From an uncultured bacterium (GTDB taxonomy: Bacteria; Omnitrophota; Omnitrophia; Omnitrophales; Aquincolibacteriaceae): DNA of 64,000 nt. This document shows positions 28,730 to 37,115 of this stretch, piece by piece. The translations under genes and the position numbers were made by a program. How positions within the stretch are numbered: position 1 is the first letter of the stretch; each line of letters begins with the position of its first letter. The stretch lies in assembly GCA_964482725.1 (NCBI GenBank), contig CAYZYT010000003.1, forward strand, positions 116,010 to 180,009, given 5' to 3'. The notes beneath the pieces are model-generated. The model ran no database searches, was not told the origin of the DNA, and saw only the letters and a program-made list of their open reading frames with translations.

Positions 28730-29242
28730 ATGGGAGCTTATATGATCAAGGTTTTCGCTTTAGCGCTTCTGACGGTGTGCGTTTGTTTGCCGGACCTTTG
28801 CGCGCAGGAGATGGCGGGGCAGGGCTTGACGGCCCCAGAGCCGAGACAACGCTCGTCGAGTGCGATTGCGATGGCCATCCCGGGGAACGATCACAATGTC
28901 ATGCGTGTATCTTCGTCGGATTTGATTCCTCCCGCTATCCAACAACAGGCCGAGGGAGAGAGCCTTCCGCCTTTTCCCGTTCTGATGCCGAAAGCCATTG
29001 TCTATCCACGGAAAGCGATTCGTAAGGGATGGGAAGGTCAGACTGTGGTCGCCGCGGAAGTCCTTGCGGATGGGTCCGTAGGGCGAACGGCCTTGGCGAA
29101 GTCCTCCGGCCATGTAGTTTTAGATCAAGCCGCGCAAGAGGCTATCCAATCCTGGAAATTTAAAAATGAGGCTGAGACAGATGAGACTGTCCCGCAATAT
29201 GTGGATATACCGGTCACGTTCAAGCTTCAGGGCGAGGAATAA
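28730..29242 (+). CDS. tonB: TonB-family energy transducer (C-terminal TonB domain)
   Basis: Signal anchor, proline-containing linker and C-terminal TonB_C motif (..VYPRKAIRKGWEGQTVVAAEVLADGSVGRTALAKSSGHVVLDQAAQEAIQSWKFK..). Confidence 0.75.
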   Translation: MGAYMIKVFALALLTVCVCLPDLCAQEMAGQGLTAPEPRQRSSSAIAMAIPGNDHNVMRVSSSDLIPPAIQQQAEGESLPPFPVLMPKAIVYPRKAIRKGWEGQTVVAAEVLADGSVGRTALAKSSGHVVLDQAAQEAIQSWKFKNEAETDETVPQYVDIPVTFKLQGEE

Positions 29243-29244
29243 TC

Positions 29245-30198
29245 TTGAGCTCCTCTAGAAGGAAATTCTTGATTGGCTTCTTACTCTTTATTTTTTGCGC
29301 TTCAAATAGGTCGTTCACTTTTGCGGCCGATATAAAACAAGCGAGTCCCCAGAGAATCGTTTCCATCAATCTTTGTACGGATGAATTGCTCCTTCAGCTG
29401 GTGACTCCGGAACGTGTGGCGGCCCTGACGAAATTTAGCGCCGACCCTGAAGTTTCGACGGTCGCCTCTCAGGCCAGAGACATCCAAAAGATCCAGGGCG
29501 GCATCGAGGATGTTCAGGCTTGTGGCCCGGACCTTCTTGTGGGCGGAAAGTTCAGCCATAAAGAAACGCTCCGTTTTTTTGAAAGTTCCGGGATCCCGGT
29601 CTTGACGTTTGGCCTTCCCAAAAATTTCGAAGACATTTATGCGGATATTCGTAAACTTGCCACAGCGGTGGGGGAAACGGCCCGAGGGGACCAGATCATT
29701 CAAAGGATGCGATCAGATCTCGCGGCGCTCAAGCCGGAGGCCCGGCACAGCGTCGTCATTCTGAGGCCGGAGGCCGAAGAATCTAAAGATGAGATCCTTC
29801 GCCCCGGAATGGCTCAGAATGACGGAAAAAAGATTTTGAAACGCGCATTCTTTTTTCAGAGTGGGGGGCTCGTTCCAGGTTCGGGGACATTCGAGAATGC
29901 GATCATGGAAGCCGCCGGGCTTGAAAATCTTTCGGCCACGATGGGTATTCGGGATTATGGGAGCCTTTCTTTGGAAAAATTGATTGAGATGAAGCCTGAG
30001 GTTTTGATTTTCTCAAGCGATCAGAAAGAAAAACCCACTATTCGAGGGGAAGTGCTCAGTCATCCCGCGATACGGAAGGCATTGCCTCATGTAAAGACAG
30101 TGATCCTTCCGTCGGCGATCCTCAATTGCGGCTCGCCGGCCTCGGTGGAGGCCGTGAGGATTTTGGTGGAAGAGACTCAAAAATCGGAAGAGGCTTAA
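29245..30198 (+). CDS. btuF: Periplasmic substrate-binding protein, class 8 (BtuF/FecB-like) of B12/iron-complex ABC importer
   Basis: Signal peptide; ..RIVSINLCTDELLLQLV.. motif typical of BtuF/FhuD-type binding proteins. Confidence 0.75.
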   Translation: MSSSRRKFLIGFLLFIFCASNRSFTFAADIKQASPQRIVSINLCTDELLLQLVTPERVAALTKFSADPEVSTVASQARDIQKIQGGIEDVQACGPDLLVGGKFSHKETLRFFESSGIPVLTFGLPKNFEDIYADIRKLATAVGETARGDQIIQRMRSDLAALKPEARHSVVILRPEAEESKDEILRPGMAQNDGKKILKRAFFFQSGGLVPGSGTFENAIMEAAGLENLSATMGIRDYGSLSLEKLIEMKPEVLIFSSDQKEKPTIRGEVLSHPAIRKALPHVKTVILPSAILNCGSPASVEAVRILVEETQKSEEA

Positions 30199-30246
30199 AA
30201 AGCCCCAAAAGCTAAAAAGGGTTTCTTTTTTAGCCTTTCAGGCATC

Positions 30247-31284
30247 TTGAGCATTTTTAGCTTTCAGCCTAGGCGAGGATTCATGAAAAAAAATATTGGC
30301 AAAGAGCTGCCGGCCCTATGGCTTTATGGCCTGCTCGGGATCGCGCTTGCGGCAGCTTTTCTTGGGTCCTTGAATGTCGGTCCTACGAAGATCCCGCTCT
30401 GGAATGCTTTCCTCCATCCTTCGTCGGAGGGGGCTTTTATTCTCTGGGACATTCGTTTGCCACGCGCAATCTTGGGACTTTTGGTGGGAGCGACGCTCGG
30501 GCTTGCCGGTGCCGCGATGCAGGGATTTTTGCGTAATCCTTTGGCGGAACCCGGCGTGCTTGGCGTGACGGGCGGCGCGGCGCTTGGCGCAGTGCTTGTT
30601 TTTTACACCGGGCTTGCCTCGGCGTTTTCGCTGGCATTGCCCCTCGGCGGCATTTTGGGGGCATTTTTTTCCGTGCTTTTGCTCTATCTTTTTGCCGGCC
30701 GTCTCGCGAACGTTCAGACGCTGATCCTGGCGGGTGTGGCGATCAACGTGATTGCGTTCTCGGGGACTTCTCTGGTGCTCAATCTCACGAAAGATCCGTA
30801 CGCCGTTCTTGATATTGTTTTTTGGCAGATGGGTTCGCTCGCGGACCGGAGTTGGACGCATGTCTTTTTGGCGTTGCCTTTCATCCTGATCGGGTGGGGT
30901 TGGCTTTTTTGGGACCGGCGGGCGCTGGACGCGTTAAGCCTCGGCGAAGAAACGGCGGCGAGTCTTGGTCTGGATCTCAAGGCCCTGCGCCTGAGGATGA
31001 TCCTGGGGACGGCTCTTTGTGTGGGCGCGGCAGTGTCGATATGTGGAAGCATCGGTTTTGTTGGACTCGTGGTGCCGCACCTTTTGCGCCCGCTCGTGGG
31101 GCATGAACCGGGAAAACTTTTGGGCGTTAGCGCTTTGGGCGGGGCGCTGCTTCTTCTTTTATCCGATAGCGTGGTACGGCTCATTCCCTCCATGGTGGAA
31201 CTGAAGCTGGGCGTTGTGACGTCCCTGATCGGCGCGCCATTTTTCATTTTGCTGATCTTTCAGATGAGGCGGAAACTTTTATGA
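30247..31284 (+). CDS. btuC: FecCD-family ABC permease (BtuC-like)
   Basis: 10-TM FecCD pattern with conserved ..LPRAILGLLVGATLGLAGAAMQGFLRNPLAEPGVLGV..; start may be the ATG near 30283. Confidence 0.85.
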   Translation: MSIFSFQPRRGFMKKNIGKELPALWLYGLLGIALAAAFLGSLNVGPTKIPLWNAFLHPSSEGAFILWDIRLPRAILGLLVGATLGLAGAAMQGFLRNPLAEPGVLGVTGGAALGAVLVFYTGLASAFSLALPLGGILGAFFSVLLLYLFAGRLANVQTLILAGVAINVIAFSGTSLVLNLTKDPYAVLDIVFWQMGSLADRSWTHVFLALPFILIGWGWLFWDRRALDALSLGEETAASLGLDLKALRLRMILGTALCVGAAVSICGSIGFVGLVVPHLLRPLVGHEPGKLLGVSALGGALLLLLSDSVVRLIPSMVELKLGVVTSLIGAPFFILLIFQMRRKLL

Positions 31285-31292
31285 AGGGACAG

Positions 31293-31329
31293 GCACACTA
31301 AGGTAGGTCACGTTTAAACGTGACCTACC
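31293..31329. repeat. Intergenic 37-nt element with 28-bp perfect palindrome, copy 2 (between btuC-like and btuD-like)
   Basis: Identical to 7265..7301; palindrome ends 16 nt before the ATG at 31345. Confidence 0.8.
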
Positions 31330-31344
31330 TCCATTAGGATAAAT

Positions 31345-32103
31345 ATGGCGACCTTAATTGAAGCGAAAAAAATCAGCGTTTCGTTTGGCGACGTTCCGAT
31401 CCTTCAGGACGTGGACCTTGAACTCCGGAAGGGAGAAGTGCTTGGGCTTATCGGACCGAATGGCGCTGGAAAATCGACTTTGCTGAAAGTGCTTATCGGC
31501 GAAGTGACGCCGGAGTCGGGGAGTGTCAGGATCCTGGACGGGAAGAAGTCCCCACTGGCAAAAAAGGTCGCTTATTTGCCGCAAGGGCAGGTTATCCACT
31601 GGCCGCTTAGCGTGAAGCGGTTGGTTTCCCTGGGGCGCATTCCACACCTTATGCCTTGGGAGCCGTTGGGCCCGGAAGATGAGAAAGCGATCGCTCGTGC
31701 GATGGAAGATACGGACGTGACACGTCTGAAAGACCGTTTTGTTGATCATTTGGCCGGAGGCGAAAGAAATCTGGTTCTCTTAGCTCGCGCGCTTGCGACT
31801 CAACCTTCCGTGCTTTTGGCGGATGAGCCTGTTCAGGGGCTTGATCCGGCACACGGACTTCAAGTGATGGAACTTTTATCCCGGTTTGTGGACCACGAAC
31901 GGGGCGCGATCGTGGTATTGCACGATCTGACGCTTGCGGCTCGGTTTTGTCACCGGCTTGTCCTGCTCGATCAGGGAAAGGTTCTTGCCTCGGGAAAGCC
32001 CGAAGAAGTTCTTTCGCCCGAAAATCTCAAGAAGAGTTATCATGTCGAAGCTAAGTACGGAACCGGCGACGAGTTTTATATCGTGCCTTGGAGAAAGGTC
32101 TGA
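31345..32103 (+). CDS. btuD: ABC ATPase of B12/iron-complex importer (BtuD/FhuC-like)
   Basis: Walker A GPNGAGKSTLLK, signature LAGGERNLVLLARAL, Walker B LLADEP. Confidence 0.85.
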   Translation: MATLIEAKKISVSFGDVPILQDVDLELRKGEVLGLIGPNGAGKSTLLKVLIGEVTPESGSVRILDGKKSPLAKKVAYLPQGQVIHWPLSVKRLVSLGRIPHLMPWEPLGPEDEKAIARAMEDTDVTRLKDRFVDHLAGGERNLVLLARALATQPSVLLADEPVQGLDPAHGLQVMELLSRFVDHERGAIVVLHDLTLAARFCHRLVLLDQGKVLASGKPEEVLSPENLKKSYHVEAKYGTGDEFYIVPWRKV

Positions 32104-32726
32104 AAATGCGGGGAACGGGGAGCGGTCCCAATACTTTTCAATCGAAGCAAAGCGGAGATTGGGGCCGTCCTGACTACCGTCAATCAAACAAAAGCCAAAG
32201 TCAGGACGGGGAACGAGCCAAGGGAAAGAGGCGAGGGCTGATCCTTGTTTTTACCGGTGAAGGTAAAGGGAAGACGACCGCGGCGATGGGAACAGCGCTT
32301 CGAATGATCGCCCAGGGCGGGAAAGTGGGCGCAGTTCATTTTTTTAAACCCCGTACTTCGTGCGCCGTACTTGGTTCTCAATACAAGAGTTGGAGCTTTG
32401 GCGGTGGGTTCACGTGGAAGACGTCGCGGGAAGAAAATTCCGGAGCGGTCCGCCAGGCGTGGAAGAAATGCTGTGAATTATTGAAGGACCCGAAATACAG
32501 CCTTGTGATCTTTGATGAGATCCACATTGCGCTGAAATATAAATTTCTCACAACCGCCGAGGTCCTGAGCGCTCTCCAAAAAAGGCCGGCCCGCCAGCAT
32601 GTGATTCTCACCGGGCGCGGTGCTCCCAAAGCCATCCTTCGTGGGGCGGATCTCGTGACCGAGATGAAATGCGTGAAGCATCCCTTCAAGCGGGGTGTGC
32701 TCGCCCAACCTGGGATTGAATTCTAA
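32088..32726 (+). CDS. cobO: ATP:cob(I)alamin adenosyltransferase (CobO/BtuR/CobA family)
   Basis: P-loop GLILVFTGEGKGKTTAAMG and conserved C-terminal ..DEIHIALKYKFL..VLTGRGAP.. regions. The 5' end is ambiguous (TTG 32088 or ATG 32106 with a GGAGAAAGG RBS). The N-terminal ~35 codons run through a REP-like repeat. Confidence 0.8.
   Translation: MEKGLKMRGTGSGPNTFQSKQSGDWGRPDYRQSNKSQSQDGERAKGKRRGLILVFTGEGKGKTTAAMGTALRMIAQGGKVGAVHFFKPRTSCAVLGSQYKSWSFGGGFTWKTSREENSGAVRQAWKKCCELLKDPKYSLVIFDEIHIALKYKFLTTAEVLSALQKRPARQHVILTGRGAPKAILRGADLVTEMKCVKHPFKRGVLAQPGIEF
32115..32200. repeat. REP-like hairpin repeat, cggtcccaat/attggggccg family, copy 1 (inside the cobO 5' region)
   Basis: About 80% identical to 35425..35520 (agcggtcccaatacNtttc...attggggccgtcc...actacc). 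Confidence 0.6.
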
Positions 32727-32735
32727 AAAATCGTG

Positions 32736-32810
32736 GAACGGGTAACGGGAAACGGGGAACGCATGACCAAACTCGTTTGCCGTTCCCCGTTCAGCGTTCC
32801 CCGATCCTTG
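32736..32810. repeat. REP-like hairpin repeat, gggtaacgggaaacgg / ccgttccccgttcagcgttcccc family, copy 1 (downstream of cobO)
   Basis: Imperfect ~75-nt palindrome, about 80% identical to 34547..34625; a related ggcaacggtaacg...cgttaccg hairpin lies at ~33540-33650. Confidence 0.6.
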
Positions 32811-32845
32811 TCATTTTTCCCACTCTTATTTCGCCTCTCACTTGG

Positions 32846-32853
32846 TGTATAAT
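32846..32853 (+). promoter_or_regulatory. Candidate sigma70-like promoter -10 (TGTATAAT, extended -10) for the FTCD-like/folD/panB genes
   Basis: TGTATAAT motif about 40 nt upstream of ATG 32894; no convincing -35. Confidence 0.35.
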
Positions 32854-32893
32854 GCCTCTTACGGAAAACCTTTAACGTTCAGCGAGCATACAC

Positions 32894-33499
32894 ATGAAAA
32901 AATATACAGATCTCAGTCTCGAAGATTATATCGAAAAGCTTGCCAGCGATGCGCCGGTGCCGGGTGGCGGGAGCGTTTCAGCCTATGCCGGAGCTTTGGG
33001 CATGGCCCTGACGCAGATGGTTTCGCGGATCGCGCTCAAGCGAAAACCCAAAGCGGACCTTACGGCAGAGCAGAAATTCCAGGATGAAGCCAACCGGAAG
33101 CGGATGCAGGAGATCGTCGATTCGCTGGAGAAGACCCGGGCGGATGCCCTTCAGGTAGTGTCGCTCGATCCCCAAGTCTATGATGAAGTGATGGCGTGTT
33201 ACAAAGAAGGGGCGGGGCCCGAGAAACTGGAAGATGCGCTTCAGAATGCGTTCCGGCTGCAGGCGGATCTTGCGCTGATCCTTGTGATGGCAAAGGAATG
33301 GAACGAGCACATGAAAACCCTCGTAAAAGGCGCTGTCGCCAACGATCTGATCGTCAGTGACGGACTTCTCTCCGCGGCATTTGAAGGAGCTTTTCATACC
33401 GCGCATATCAATGTGGTTTACATGAAAAACAAAGAACGGAAAGAGCGTGCCGAAAAGGCGCTGGCGGAACTGAGAGGGCGTTTCACCAAGGGTGCGTAA
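32894..33499 (+). CDS. Cyclodeaminase/cyclohydrolase-family protein (FTCD C-terminal-like; formimidoyl-/methenyl-THF cyclo-enzyme)
   Basis: N-terminal LSLEDYIEKLASDAPVPGGGSVSAYAGALGMALTQMVSRIAL matches the FTCD_C/FchA signature; 201 aa. Confidence 0.75.
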   Translation: MKKYTDLSLEDYIEKLASDAPVPGGGSVSAYAGALGMALTQMVSRIALKRKPKADLTAEQKFQDEANRKRMQEIVDSLEKTRADALQVVSLDPQVYDEVMACYKEGAGPEKLEDALQNAFRLQADLALILVMAKEWNEHMKTLVKGAVANDLIVSDGLLSAAFEGAFHTAHINVVYMKNKERKERAEKALAELRGRFTKGA

Positions 33500-33690
33500 A
33501 ATCTAATATTTATTGCCGGGTGTTAAGTAACGGCAATGGTTACGAAGCCCGTATCGGAAAGGGCAACGGTAACGTAATTTAAAAGAAACGCCACCGCCTG
33601 CGAAGCGGCGGGGTCCCGCCAAAGGCGGGAAAACGGGCATCGTTACCGTAGCCGGACAACATAACTCGGGATTCATCAAAGGAGATTCAT

Positions 33691-34545
33691 GTGGAAGCGA
33701 AAAGACTTGAAGGAAAAGTAATCGCAGCGAGCCTGCAGGAAAAGATCCTTGAGAAGGTAGGGGCCGCTACAAGGGCGGGTCTTCCAAGGCCGTCTTTGGC
33801 TGCGATCCAGACGAGTGATGATCCGTCCGCAGTCTGGTATATCAACAGCCAAGAAAAACTTGCCGCAAAACTCGGCATTGATTTTCGGCGCATTATGCCT
33901 GATCAAGTGAAGGGGGAGAAAGCCCTGATCCAGAAGGTTCAGGAGCTTGGCGCCGATAAAACGGTCCATGGACTTTTCATTTCAATGCCGTTCCCCCAGG
34001 GAATTGACGCCGACAAAGTGTTGCTTGCCATGGATCCGAAAAAGGATGTCGAGGGGGTTCATCCCACAAGCCTTGGACTGATCGTTCTTCGGCGCGGCAA
34101 ACTGATCCCTCCTACGGCATTTGCCGCCTACACGCTCATTAAGGCGAGCGGCATCATGTTACGCGGGAAAAAGGCGGCAATCATCGGTCAAAGCGCCATT
34201 GTCGGAAGACCCCTCCAGCTATTGCTGGGCGAGGCACGGGTGACGACGCTTGTTTGTAATACGGGTACGGCCGAAGAAGATATGAAGAAAATCGTTGGAG
34301 CGGCTGAGATCGTAGTGGCTTGTTCGGGGAAGCCCGGTCTTGTGAAAGGCGCTTGGATCAAGCAAGGCGCGGTCGTGATCGATGTCGGGACGACTGAGGT
34401 CGACGGGAAACTCCAGGGCGATGTCGAATTCGATGAAGCGAGCAAAAAAGCCAGTTTTATTACGCCCGTCCCTGGAGGCGTGGGGCCGCTCACCGTGACC
34501 ATGCTCATGGAAAATCTTATCATTGCGTATGAATGGCAAAAATAA
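33691..34545 (+). CDS. folD: Bifunctional 5,10-methylene-THF dehydrogenase / 5,10-methenyl-THF cyclohydrolase
   Basis: Conserved FolD blocks ..GKKAAIIGQSAIVGRPLQLLL.. and ..TPVPGGVGPLTVTMLMENLI..; 284 aa. Confidence 0.9.
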   Translation: MEAKRLEGKVIAASLQEKILEKVGAATRAGLPRPSLAAIQTSDDPSAVWYINSQEKLAAKLGIDFRRIMPDQVKGEKALIQKVQELGADKTVHGLFISMPFPQGIDADKVLLAMDPKKDVEGVHPTSLGLIVLRRGKLIPPTAFAAYTLIKASGIMLRGKKAAIIGQSAIVGRPLQLLLGEARVTTLVCNTGTAEEDMKKIVGAAEIVVACSGKPGLVKGAWIKQGAVVIDVGTTEVDGKLQGDVEFDEASKKASFITPVPGGVGPLTVTMLMENLIIAYEWQK

Positions 34546-34546
34546 A

Positions 34547-34625
34547 AGCCGGGTAACGGGTAACGGGAAACGGCGAACGCATGCCGGTTTTCGTTCCCCG
34601 TTCAGCGTTCCCCGTTCCCCGAGAA
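34547..34625. repeat. REP-like hairpin repeat, gggtaacgggaaacgg family, copy 2 (downstream of folD)
   Basis: See 32736..32810. Confidence 0.6.
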
Positions 34626-34629
34626 AATT

Positions 34630-35421
34630 ATGAAACTCACCCCTCAAACCATCTATTCAAAAAAGAAGGCCGGCGAGAAGATCGTCTCTCTCAGTCTCTA
34701 CGACTATCCGAGCGCGAGGATCGCCGATGGGGCGGGTGTGGATGTCATCATGGTCGGCGATTCGGTGGGGATGGTGCTTCTGGGGCATGAAAACACGCTC
34801 GGGATGACGATCGAACACATGCTTTATCACACCGCAGCGGTCGTCAAGGGTGTGAAGCGCGCTCTCGTGGTCGCGGATATGCCCATTCATTCCTACAATG
34901 ATCCCGAACTGGCGTTTGTGAACGCAAAACGTTTGATGCGAGAGGCAGGGGCCGATGCTGTGAAGCTCGAAGGCGGTGCGAAGATCCAAGCCCAGATCCA
35001 AAAACTTGTGACCGAAGGCATTTCTGTGATGGGGCATGTCGGGATGCTGCCGCAAAGTGTCGGAGACGGAAAATACCGTGTCTATGGAAAAGATCCGGAC
35101 GAAGCCGAAAGGATCCTTGAAGACGCGAAACTTCTGGACCGGATGGGCGCGTTTGCGATCGTACTCGAATGTGTGCCGGTAAAACTGGCTGATCAGATCA
35201 CAAAAGTCGTGAAGTGTCCGACGATCGGGATCGGCGCGGGTCCCGCGACCGATGGGCAGGTGCTCGTATTCCACGATCTGCTGGGCATTCGTTCCGGTGT
35301 GAGCCCTCGTTTCGTGCGGCGCTATGTGAATCTTGACGCGATCATGAAAAAAGCGGCTGGCGATTACTGCCGTGATGTTCAGAAACAGAAATTTCCTTCC
35401 ACCAAAGAGAGCTTCTCATGA
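34630..35421 (+). CDS. panB: 3-methyl-2-oxobutanoate hydroxymethyltransferase (ketopantoate hydroxymethyltransferase)
   Basis: ..IVSLSLYDYPSARIADGAGVDVIMVGDSVGMVLLGHENTLGMTIEHMLYHTAAV.. PanB signature; 263 aa. Confidence 0.9.
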   Translation: MKLTPQTIYSKKKAGEKIVSLSLYDYPSARIADGAGVDVIMVGDSVGMVLLGHENTLGMTIEHMLYHTAAVVKGVKRALVVADMPIHSYNDPELAFVNAKRLMREAGADAVKLEGGAKIQAQIQKLVTEGISVMGHVGMLPQSVGDGKYRVYGKDPDEAERILEDAKLLDRMGAFAIVLECVPVKLADQITKVVKCPTIGIGAGPATDGQVLVFHDLLGIRSGVSPRFVRRYVNLDAIMKKAAGDYCRDVQKQKFPSTKESFS

Positions 35422-35424
35422 TCA

Positions 35425-35520
35425 AAGGGCGGTCCCAATACCTTTCGATCGTAGCCGAGCGGTCCCAACACCTTTCAATTTCCAGGGAAGTGGAAATTGG
35501 GGCCGTCCAAACTACCATTT
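35425..35520. repeat. REP-like hairpin repeat, cggtcccaat family, copy 2 (with a partial third copy)
   Basis: ggcggtcccaatacctttcgatcgtagccgagcggtcccaacacctttcaatttccagggaagtggaaattggggccgtccaaactacc. Confidence 0.6.
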
Positions 35521-35542
35521 CAGAAAAAAATAAAAAGTTTGG

Positions 35543-37057
35543 ATGGAGATCGGGGCAGTCCTTGATTACTTTACGGAGACATTTATCATGATCAAGGGCA
35601 AGCGGATCCTGGTCGCCGAACGTGACGACGCGACACGGGAGCTTATCCTTATGCGCCTTCATTCCCGCCACCATAAGGTTTTTGAGGCTTCGAAAAGCAG
35701 CCAGGCTGTGAGATTTCTGGATCGTGAGGTCTTGGACCTGATCCTGCTTTCGAGCGATATGGAACCCGTGGGCGGCAAGATGCTTATCCAGGTCATTCGC
35801 TCCCGTTCTCATCTTATGTCGGTCCCCGTGATCATGATCACCGAGGAACACCAGCTGACAGAGCTCATGCTCGGGCATGAAAAAGGTTTCGACGATTTTC
35901 TGGTGAGGCCGTTCAGCCCGCTTGTGTTGCAACTGCGTGTGAATCTGAACATTGCTAAGACGATGGAGAGGATGGAAGCCAATGCGCTCACGCATCTCCC
36001 GGGCAATCATGCGATCGAGAAGCTCGTCCTGAAGAAGATCCAGGCGGGAGAAAAATTCTCGGTTCTTTACATCGATATCAATAACTTCAAGGCGTTCAAC
36101 GATCATTACAGTTTCCAAAAAGGGGATGAGGCGATCCTTCAGACCGCCCGGCTTCTCGTGACGACCAGTCATGCCGTGGCGCGGGACGGGGAGTGCTTCA
36201 TCGGGCATATCGGGGGTGACGATTTCATTGTAGTGCTGCCCGCAGAACTTGAAGAAGTCTTCGCGCGGCAATTCATCGACGATTTTGACCGGATCATTCC
36301 CACTTATTACAATATGAAGGATCGGGATGCAGGATTCATCCGAGTGGAGAACCGGCGCGGCAAAATGGAAAATTTCGCCCTGATGTCCTGCTCCGTCGCA
36401 GGCTGCACCAACCTATACCGGAATTACGTGAATCTCCGCGAGATCGCGCAGGATGCCGCAGAGGTCAAGACGTTTCTCAAAAGCCAGCCGGGGAGCCATT
36501 ATCTCCAGGACCGCCGTTCCTCGCCAATCAAGCAACTGGAGGAGGCTGTCCACATTCTGGAGCCAGAGATCAAACCCGCCAAACCGAAGAAGCGTGTGGA
36601 CCCACTTGGCCAGGTCCTTGTGAGTTCCGGCCTCATCACTGAAGAGCAGCTTGGCAAGGCCCTCAAGCAGCATCTCGAGACAGGACATCGCCTTGGCCAG
36701 ACCCTGATCGATATGAATCTCATCTCAAGCCAAGACGTGGGCAGGATGCTAGAAAAGAAGCTCAAGGTTCCTTATTTCAGTCTGAAGGGATGGACTCCGG
36801 ACCCGGCGATCTTTCATCTTTTTAATGCGGAATTTATTTTTCATCACCGCGTGGTCCCGATCGGCGTGAGTGAAGACTCGGTGAGGATCGCGATGTGCGA
36901 CCCGTTCGATCTGAAGACTTTGGACGCGATCGAGCGGATCACAGGGCTCAAACCCGTGCCTTATCTTGCCTTGGAAGATGAATTTGAACAATTTCTGGAA
37001 AGCCTGGCTCCGGAGACGGACTCCAGGCTCGAAACCGAGACACAAAAAATAGTGTGA
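35543..37057 (+). CDS. Response-regulator receiver + GGDEF-like (variant GGDDF) + MshEN/T2SSE_N-type c-di-GMP-binding domain protein
   Basis: REC domain (KRILVAERDD..DLILLSSDM..). GGDEF fold with ..YIDINNFKAFND..HIGGDDFIVVL... C-terminal T2SSE_N repeats carry the MshEN c-di-GMP motif PLGQVLVSSGLITEEQLGKALKQ and a second RLGQTLIDMNLISSQDVGRMLEKK. Confidence 0.7.
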   Translation: MEIGAVLDYFTETFIMIKGKRILVAERDDATRELILMRLHSRHHKVFEASKSSQAVRFLDREVLDLILLSSDMEPVGGKMLIQVIRSRSHLMSVPVIMITEEHQLTELMLGHEKGFDDFLVRPFSPLVLQLRVNLNIAKTMERMEANALTHLPGNHAIEKLVLKKIQAGEKFSVLYIDINNFKAFNDHYSFQKGDEAILQTARLLVTTSHAVARDGECFIGHIGGDDFIVVLPAELEEVFARQFIDDFDRIIPTYYNMKDRDAGFIRVENRRGKMENFALMSCSVAGCTNLYRNYVNLREIAQDAAEVKTFLKSQPGSHYLQDRRSSPIKQLEEAVHILEPEIKPAKPKKRVDPLGQVLVSSGLITEEQLGKALKQHLETGHRLGQTLIDMNLISSQDVGRMLEKKLKVPYFSLKGWTPDPAIFHLFNAEFIFHHRVVPIGVSEDSVRIAMCDPFDLKTLDAIERITGLKPVPYLALEDEFEQFLESLAPETDSRLETETQKIV

Positions 37058-37115
37058 AGGTTGTGGCCTTTTTGGCCGTTCCTATAGATGGCAGAGAACG
37101 CCATACTGAGGAACT

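Noticed and set aside
35342-36271. 309-aa minus-strand ORF antisense to panB 3' end and the REC-GGDEF gene
   Set aside because: Shadow ORF spanning an intergenic repeat; no RBS.
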